This document shows, one piece after another, positions 55,081-64,000 of a stretch of 64,000 nucleotides of DNA. The stretch spans positions 137,640,001 to 137,704,000 of the forward strand of contig NC_042997.1 in assembly GCF_006345805.1 (NCBI RefSeq), read 5' to 3'. The notes below the pieces were generated by a model. That model did not search any database. It saw only the letters and a program-made list of their open reading frames with translations, and was not told the DNA's origin. Position 1 is the stretch's first letter. Each line of letters opens with the position of its first letter. The translations under genes and the position numbers were made by a program. Source of the stretch: Octopus sinensis. Its lineage: Eukaryota.

Positions 55081-56299
55081 TAACTAGAATAAAACCATTG
55101 TATAAAATAGCCAGAAATTAATGTAAATAAAGTACTTGAATGAATTGTTTAACTTGTAAATGGGTATGAAAAAGCAAAAGATATTCCCATAAGAAAAGAA
55201 CCAGAGAAATATAGGAGGGAAAAGAATAGAAAATGAAAGACTCGTTAATCTCATGAACAATCAATCACAACATAATGTAAAGTAATGAAAATAATAGAAA
55301 CAATACAAGGACTACTCGAAACTATAACTGTACAAAAACCAACTACCCACTGGGTATTAATGGTGAGAATATAGTAAAATAAATAAATGAGTTATCAGTT
55401 GCTCTAAAGATCAGCAATAAAAAGGAATTCATTTGCTTTCATTTACATTTGAATGATAATGAGGGAGGCAGAGCAGGAGGAAGAGAAAGGTACATTTAAT
55501 ACCACTTCAGGTTCATAGTGACTGAACATTTAGGGCAGCTATGTGTGCTTATGATATATTCCTACCTTGAAAAGAAAGGATGTTGAATAATGATTATATC
55601 ACTGTATAATATTCTTGCACACACCCCCAAAAAAGACTATATGTGCAGATGTGGCTGTGTGGTAAGAAGTTTGCTTCCCAACCATATGGCTCTAGGTTCA
55701 GTCCCTCAGGCTGACCAAAGCCTTATGAGTGGATTTGGTAGATGGAAACTGAAGGAAAACTGTCGTGTATGTGCGTGTTAGTCCTCCACCACTGCTTGAC
55801 AACTGCTATTGATATGTTTATACCCCTGTAACTTAGCAGTTCGGTAAAAGAGTTTGATAGAATAAGTACCAAGCTTAAAAGAAAAAATAAGTACTGAGGT
55901 TGATTCATTCCACTAAAAATTCTTCAAGGCAGTGCCCCAGCATGGCTGCAGTCTAAAGACTGAAATAAGTAAAAGATAAAAATATAGTCATGTGTGGAAT
56001 GTTTTTCATCATAGGTTTGCTCAATGAAGGTTGGCCTAGGGTAAGCAACAACCATGTGAGCTTGAGGGAAAACAAAAACTAGAATTTGAGATAACTAATG
56101 ATTGTCAACAGTTCCCCCCAAAAAGTAAAGAAAAATCATAATGAAATTTATAAAATAAGTAAGTTAACATTCAGTTTGGACTAAATTTTGGGGCAGTCAT
56201 TGGCTTTATCTCATATCAAAGAATTTAGTTTCTTTTTTGCTGAATGCTTTCTTTGTGGTGATGGTGTTGATGACTATGTAGACCAATTCTTGCATAGAA

Positions 56300-56545
56300 G
56301 AATCGATAGCATTGGTTGCATGGTAATGTTGGTGGAGGATGAGGTTGATTTTGTTGAGCCTTTCTCTCCTGTCATTTGATTTCTTCCTTTTCTCTTCTGA
56401 TGGCTTCAAAGTTTTTGGTTCTGAGGTGATGGAACACTGCCACTTAGTACAGTCTTGGGCTTGTGTTTCAAATAATTTAGGCTCAAGTTCAGTGGTTTTC
56501 AGTGTTCTTTTGAGCTGGTCCATGTATCGTTGAAGAGCGCAACTT
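56300..56545 (-). pseudogene. RTE (BovB-like) LINE C-terminal remnant
   Basis: LQRYMDQLKRTLK...FETQAQDCTKWQCSI...EEKRKK resembles the RTE end motif RYKDxLKxxL...LAQDRxxW. Confidence 0.65.
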
Positions 56546-56569
56546 TGTGGTCTTTTCCTTGAATTGAGC

Positions 56570-56810
56570 TCCCTGAATAAGTCCTAGGGCTGGTTACTTG
56601 GTTTCTATGGTGTAAAAGTGACTGTGATCACAACATCTCCCTGAACAGGAAGCCAATCCATTGTACAATTTCTCATTTACAGCTTTGAGAAAACTGGAAC
56701 AATGTGAAATTAAGTATTTTGCTCAACACAATGTATTACCTGGTCTGGAAATTGAAACCATGATCTTGTGATCATGAATGCAATATTCTAATCACTAGGC
56801 CATCTACCTT
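56570..56810 (-). mobile_element. tRNA-derived SINE (family D)
   Basis: Reverse complement begins AGGTAGATGGCCTAGTGATTAGAAT...GGTTTCAATTTCC; similar partial copy at 63790-63950. Confidence 0.6.
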
Positions 56811-59800
56811 CTCACAGAAAAGAAGTGGGTAATGATTTAATGAGAGTAGAGGTGATCTATATTCTAAGATATGTTACAGACTCTAAATGCCGGTTCTGCA
56901 TAAAACCAAATAAAGATGATCCAGTGAGGAAGTTGGCCTGCTTAAATATCAGCTAAATCTATATCACATAATATTCTACCATTTTAAATTACTGAAGGAC
57001 ACATTGAATAATGATGTTCTAAATTACTGTTAAACTATCCTCCTCCCATCCAACTTGGGTAGTCATGGCTGGAATGCCTTTGATCATAAGAGATGGATTG
57101 GGCTTTAAATGCCTATCAACAATCAAATAAAAACGATTGGCTTTCTAACTAATGGCTAGTATATCACCTTGATGATGGTTAAAAGTTGTGGGAGTGATGT
57201 GGATTAAGGTGTCTCTGCAGGACATATGCATTTATATTAAATCATAACTTACCAACTTGAAAAAAGGAAGGTGGAGATGGTCACAGCTAAAATGTTTTTG
57301 ATGATAGATGTGCTTGATCAAAGTGAATTTGGAACTACGCAACAACAATGTTTGACACTATTTAGCAATCACTTGTATTAAGCCTGTTGTGATTTAGATG
57401 TATGCTACAAAATATTTAAAAAAACCATTTGTAAAGCAATATTCCTTGAAAACCAGTCTGACAACTGTTAGTGTTTGCTCTTAGGATTAATTGATTGATA
57501 TAGTAAAGCTTAAATGTTCTGGAAACTGTAGTCTTCAAAATTGAAACAACATATCTGTTAGTATATGTGGAATTGTGGGTTTAATTGCATCCTTACTCTT
57601 AATACACCAAAAGGGGCAGGCACGGTTGTGTGTCTATGAATTTTGCTTCCTTGCTATATGATATCAAGTTCAGTCCCACTGTACAGCACCAGGGGCAAAT
57701 ATATTCTATTATAGTCCTGGGCTGACTAAACCTTTGTTAGTGGATTTGGTTGACAAAAATTGAAAGAAGGTCGACATATATATATATATACAGTTATAAA
57801 TAATGAGAGAAATATAGTGTGATAAAATTTATTTAACAATTGGAAATTCTTATATATCAACAATTGTTTTACAACTTAATAAAACATGCATGGATAATTT
57901 ATTTTATTATATTTTATAATAAGTAAATTACTTACATGTCTGCATTAATGTAAACAACCTTTAAACTAATGCAGATATTAAGCTAGCTCATCGGGTCTGA
58001 AGAAATCCATGTTAAAAAATAATCCCTTGACATAAAGTTTCAAGAACACAAGGTCAATATTTTAAAAAAGTATAATTTTATGCACTCCTTATAGTTTTCT
58101 CTTGTATCATACAATATATTCTGTATGTTTTTTAGAATGATACATTAAGGAGCTTTTTTGAGAGTACCACCAGATTAATTGAATCCATACATTGTGACTT
58201 AAATTCACACACACACACACATCTTTATACACAAGCACTCCTATTAATGTTTGTTTTATTATAGTTATATATAAAAAAATAAGCAAATATTTGATTACTA
58301 AAACCTTTAAGTAGATAATCATATTTTATTTTGTTAGTTGAAGGTTGACAGTGACTCAGAAATTTCAGCTTACTTACCTGTGTCAGACTGTAGAGTATTT
58401 CTGGTTTTCCAAGCCTTATATATACATTTTGGTTCATTTTGTGGGAGGAGCAATGTGATTGCAGAACAGGTGTGCTATAACAATCTATTTTTGTGGCATA
58501 TGAAAAAAAGTGCCTTTATGAGTCTAATTCAATTGGGTAAGCAGAAACAGTGAGCTTGTGTGGAGAAAGAAATGGTAAATAAAGAGAAGAAAAGAATGAG
58601 ATCTACAAACCAATCAATTAACCAACCAACCAACCAACCACTATAGTTATAATCTGTCCATCTGTAACATAAGTTTTGGTTTGGTTTGTAATTCCACCTT
58701 TCTCTTTCCGTCCATAGATATGTATATATGTATATTTACACAGATTCACTATGTACACAGATATACATATATTCTTCTCAGAACTATTGTTAAAGACATA
58801 AGAACAAAAATATGAATCTCTGTTCTGTCTGTCTCTCTCCCTCTCCTGCTCTCTGTCTCTTTGTATAATGATACACATATATACATACACCCAAGTACAT
58901 ATATATAAATATGATAGCTGTATTATCTGATGGTATATGTGTATGTACATATCTATCTGTCTGTCTGTCTGTCTGTCTATCAATCACACATAGAAGCTTA
59001 CAAAATGCCCCTACCCCTTACCGATTCCTCAGACATTTCGTCAGAAGACAAAAGAAGTGAGGAATGGCAAATAGCCAGAAAAGGAAGGAGGACGAGCAGC
59101 AAGAAAAGAACCAAAGCAAACGCAAATGCAAACAAAGCAGGGAGATATACAACTCCTGAAAACTTTTCGAACACCAACACTCGCACACACAACACCAACA
59201 GCAACACCTCAAAAACAAACACATACAATGCTCACTGCCATCAACACGAAAAATACAGAGTTGATGGAACACATCAACAAAAAAAACAAACCTAAAACAT
59301 GAAGACATAAAAACAAGCAACCACCCATACACAACGCCACCAGAACACATTAAAATATTGCACATCACACCAACCATGCACCACTCACTAAAATCCATTT
59401 ACTCCAATGCAGTTGGAATATGCCAGAAGTACACTTCCACACATCCCAAAAACTTTATAGTAATACAAGGGACATTTTCCTTGTATATGAATACTATGCA
59501 AATATTCTTTTAAAAAACTTTTCATTTAATTTTTCCAAAATTTAATTGTTTTCCATACTTACAGTTGAAAAAGTCTCAATGATCAAAACTGGTACTGAAA
59601 TGTTTTTTTATAAAATTATTTTAGCATTTTCCACCTTGATTTTTTTCCATATATATATATATATATCAACTTGTGTGTTCCTTTTCAACCTTCTACACAG
59701 ACAGACAGACACACACACACACACACATAAAATTAATATAGACAGCCATGTGTCGTGTGTTACTAAAAAGAAAAACTATAAATGTCATTGAATATAACAC

Positions 59801-60207
59801 CTACATTGCTAGAAATAAGAGTTAAAAAGCTCTACTGCTGTAGTTAAAGCACATAATTATATACATATGTACTGACAGGGACTGTAATTGCCTGAAAACA
59901 CCAGTTAAGACATTCTCTATTCTGGTAAGTCAGTTTTGGCTAATTTTGTAGCCTCATCAATATGGACCGCTTGATTCAGCTGATTCTGGACTTAATTTTC
60001 TGTCAGAACATATGTATTCACCATAAAAATCTATGGATGATTTAGTGAATTGCTAATATATATACAAAAAATTAATATATATATATATCATATATATAAT
60101 ACTTTTTGATAGTTATATATAATAAAAAAGAAAATAATAATATTTTATATATATATCATATATATATACATATATATACACACACACACACACATATATA
60201 TATATGT

Positions 60208-60239
<32 letters not shown>

Positions 60240-60445
60240 CTTCATCATTTAACATCTACTTTACCCTGTTTGCAAGGATCAAACGGAATTTGTTGCTGTA
60301 GATTTTCTACATCTGGATGCTCATCCTGTCATCATGCACAAATATGTGCATATATATACGTGCATGTATATGTATATTTTTATGTATACATATATGTGAA
60401 TATATATATATTTATATATCATATACATGTATATGCATATGTACA

Positions 60446-60510
<65 letters not shown>

Positions 60511-60517
<7 letters not shown>

Positions 60518-60714
60518 AAAAAGGGACAAGCAACAGGTTGCTTGACCGCATACCGAAAAAATAGAAATAGCAGTCAAGAATGCTTATTTCTATCAAAGTG
60601 ATAGAAATAAGATAGAAATAAGCATTCTTTGATAGAAATAAGCATTCTTGACTGCTATTTCTATTTTTTCGGTATGCGGTCAAGCAACCTGTTGCTTGTC
60701 CCTTTTTCTTATAT
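60511..60714. repeat. Perfect fold-back: 88-bp arms, 28-nt spacer
   Basis: 60511-60598 is the exact reverse complement of 60627-60714. Confidence 0.95.
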
Positions 60715-61481
60715 ACAATATATATACTGAACTTTACAGAAGTTCCTGCCGGTAATCGGCTATATTTACATACCGAATTCTACCAGTAAATAATTGTGGT
60801 TTTTTTAAAAACCTTTATAGAAATTATTTACTCTTATTATTATATATATATATATATGAGTGGGTGTTAAAAAGTTCCTGGCTTTGGGAAAAAGAAAATA
60901 CAGGAGGATCAGTTAATTATGATTTAGTCAACTATTCCTCTCTCCAATTCACACACTTATTGCTGTAGTCAGTTTTTCTAAGATCTGTAAAAGAACTGAG
61001 AAGATTGGACCACCAGCCAGACCTTTCACAATACCTTCAGAGCCAGGAACTTTTCAGCACCTCCTCATATATGTGTATGTTTATATATGTGCATGTATTT
61101 ATATTCATATATGTGTATGTATGTGTATATATTTATATGAGTGCATGCATATGTACACACACACACACACACACACATACACACACACTTGCACACACAT
61201 CTACATTTGTATTTATATCCAGTAGCATATTCTCTCTAGTGTAGTAGTATCCCTGCCTGACATCCAGAAAAACTTGGCTTGGTTTCCCATGAGAGATAAA
61301 TGAAACATGTCTCATTGCAAACAAATATTCCTATCTGTCTTTTACTCTGAAGGTAAATCCCAAATTGGAGAATGGTGCAGAATGACTAATAATCAGAGAA
61401 TTACTTTTTTATTCTTGATTGAAAACCTGTGTTGGAGTCGGAAAGAATAACACGAGAACCTTTTTGTGTGTGTGTGTTTGT

Positions 61482-61540
<59 letters not shown>

Positions 61541-61831
61541 TTGCACACATGTGCATAGCATTGAGGAGTAGAAATACTTGTGCTTTTGTTTGAATCAGAA
61601 ATAAAACTCTACAATCAAGTCTCTGCTGCATTGTCATTATTTCATTGGGGAAAGTTAGACCTGCTGCTGAAATTGTTGTGTCCTCTTGCTCTTACTCATC
61701 ACAAGACTTTTAACTATGGATACGTTGGGAGTGGCATATGTATTGCATAAGCATATGTTGCTGTAATCCAGAGATATACAGATGACTCATCGTCTAATAG
61801 TTATCACCTGACAAAATGATGCAAACCTCAA

Positions 61832-61885
<54 letters not shown>

Positions 61886-61924
61886 AGTACACACATATAT
61901 ATATATATATATACATGTAAATAT

Positions 61925-62112
61925 ATATATTAAATTAGAGATAAAACCACTATTAAGCAAATCAAACAGTGAAAAACATAAACCAAAGCATATAAATAAA
62001 ATTAATTAATACAATATACAAAATATATAAAATATAAAATTCAAAATTTAAATTATTTAAATTTAAAGTTAAGATTAAAAATTTTTTTTTAATTATTAAT
62101 TTATACTTATAA

Positions 62113-62163
<51 letters not shown>

Positions 62164-62285
62164 ATTATTTTTATTTTTTATTTATTTAATTATTTTAATT
62201 AAATTTTAAAAAAAAGTTAGATATATATAACTATCAAAAAATATTAAAAAATTTAATATAAGATAAAAAGTATAAGATAAAAATA
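61925..62285 (+). repeat. Single-arm copy of the 26-kb palindrome element
   Basis: TTAGAGATAAAACCACTATTAAGCAAATCAAACAGTGAAAA...AACTATCAAAAA matches the left arm of 26088-26965; it ends before the HHR half. Confidence 0.85.
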
Positions 62286-62582
62286 TGTCTATCTAATTAT
62301 CTATCTATCTATCTATCTCTATATATACACAAACACACACACACTCACACATATATATAAATAAATGTATTTATATATATAAATATATATATATATATAT
62401 TTAGGTGTAGGAGTGGCTGTGTGGTACATAGCTTACTTATGAACCACATGGTTCCATGTTCAGTCCCACTGCGTGGCACCTTGGTCAAGTGCCTTCTACT
62501 ATAACCTCGGGCCAACCAAAGCTTTGTGAGTGGATTTGGTAGACAGAAATTGAAAGAAGCCCATTATATATATGTATGTATA

Positions 62583-62659
<77 letters not shown>

Positions 62660-62898
62660 CTGTGTGTATATATATATATATGCACACACACGTACACATG
62701 TAAATATACATATATAAGAATATATTTATATAGGAGTGGGTGGGTGGTAAGTAGCTTGCTTACGGACCCCATGATTCTGGGTTCAGTCTCACTGCATGGC
62801 ACCTTGGGCAAGTGTCCTCTACTATAGTCTCAGGCCTACCAAACCCTTGTAAGTGGATTTGGCAGACGGAAACTGAAAGAACCTGTTGTATATATAAG

Positions 62899-62961
<63 letters not shown>

Positions 62962-64000
62962 CATCATTTAATGTCTTTTTACCTTATTGTCATGGGCTGA
63001 ATGGTTTGACAAGAGCATATGAGCCAGAGGGCCCTGCTAGGTTCTATGTCTTCTTTGGCATGGTTTCTATAGCTAAACATCTTCCTAACATCCACTCAGA
63101 ATGTACTGGGTGCTTTTTACATGGCACCAGCACCTGTGAGGTAGCCAAGTGTCCACAAGATGTGATCCCCACAGCTGAGCAGAATATAGACTGGAGGAAT
63201 AAGAAACTATGATAGGAGAGAAGCAGGTGTCTTGCTGAAGAGGTGAATACATGGCTTGCCCATTTAGAAAGTGAGAGAGAGAAAGAGAAAAAGAGATGTG
63301 AGGTCTTGATACAATGTTAATATGGAACAGAATAGGATAGAAGATTAGAAAAGTTAGATGTATACTTATGTGCATTGAGTGAAAGCTGTGTACAGATGAT
63401 TAGAGATAGGGAATGAGTTGGATGCAGTACCAGGGGAAAGTGAAGAAAAAAACAATTGCATGACTTGGTGGTTAGGGTATTCTACTCACAATCTTAACTT
63501 TCTTGTGCATGAAGAAAATATATATTTTTATCATGTCAATTCCCACCCTTGTTTTATCTATCTCTCCTTTGTCACACTCTTACAATTTTTAACCCCACAT
63601 CTCATCCATCCACTGCCCTCTCATCTGCTGTGTTATTCTTCCACTGTAAAAAATAGGGTAAAGACCCCCTTCAATCATGAATGACCATGGAATGCACCTA
63701 GAAAGTTCCCCTCCAAGGCACAAATCTGGGCAAGGTTGTTTATGGAAGATCAGTTGTCGCCTATGCATACCAGTCTCTTCTCTCCATGCTACTGATGTTA
63801 TCCAAGGGAAAGGCAAAGGCCAATACAGCTTGGTACCAGCAATGTCACTACTTATTTCTACAGCTGAGTGAACTGAAGCAATGCAAAATAAAGTATCTTG
63901 CTCATGAACACAATTCAGGGCCTCAAACCATTAAGCCATGCACTTTCACTATTCTTCCACTGTAAATAATCAAATAAGAATCTGTTATTATAAACTGTAT

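Noticed and set aside
57830-58000. Minus-strand CCGATGAG with a distant AAACAATTGTT
   Set aside because: The halves are far apart and lack closing stems.
58930-59400. 121-aa ORF as a gene or LINE ORF1
   Set aside because: It starts in a microsatellite, is low-complexity and A/C-skewed, and has no recognisable motif.
59922-59962. Minus-strand TTGATGA-GGCTA/TAGCC-AAAAC HHR-like motif
   Set aside because: Stem II is good, but two core positions are changed and there is no stem I or valid stem III; at most a fossil.

Overview
AT-rich, microsatellite-dense animal DNA with no recognisable host protein-coding exon. It is probably intergenic or a large intron; the repeat make-up suggests an octopus/coleoid genome (inference). 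Nearly all listed ORFs are translations of (TA)n/(CA)n/(TAA)n tracts. The real content is decayed mobile DNA: two mariner elements, a DD37D (maT) remnant, a pogo/Tigger-like remnant, mariner-, piggyBac- and hAT-like MITEs, two copies of a non-autonomous Helitron, RTE and R4/Dong LINE fragments, several tRNA-derived SINE families, and many Penelope-like element (PLE) fragments. The most striking signal is about ten sequence-distinct type I minimal hammerhead ribozyme (HHR) motifs (CUGANGA...GAAAC-loop-GUH). Six loci are inverted repeats with the same divergent geometry (left arm on -, right arm on +). One of these encloses a tRNA-derived Pol III head and another forms an ~880 bp spacer-less palindrome. 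All calls come from visual motif reading; none was checked by database search or folding software.
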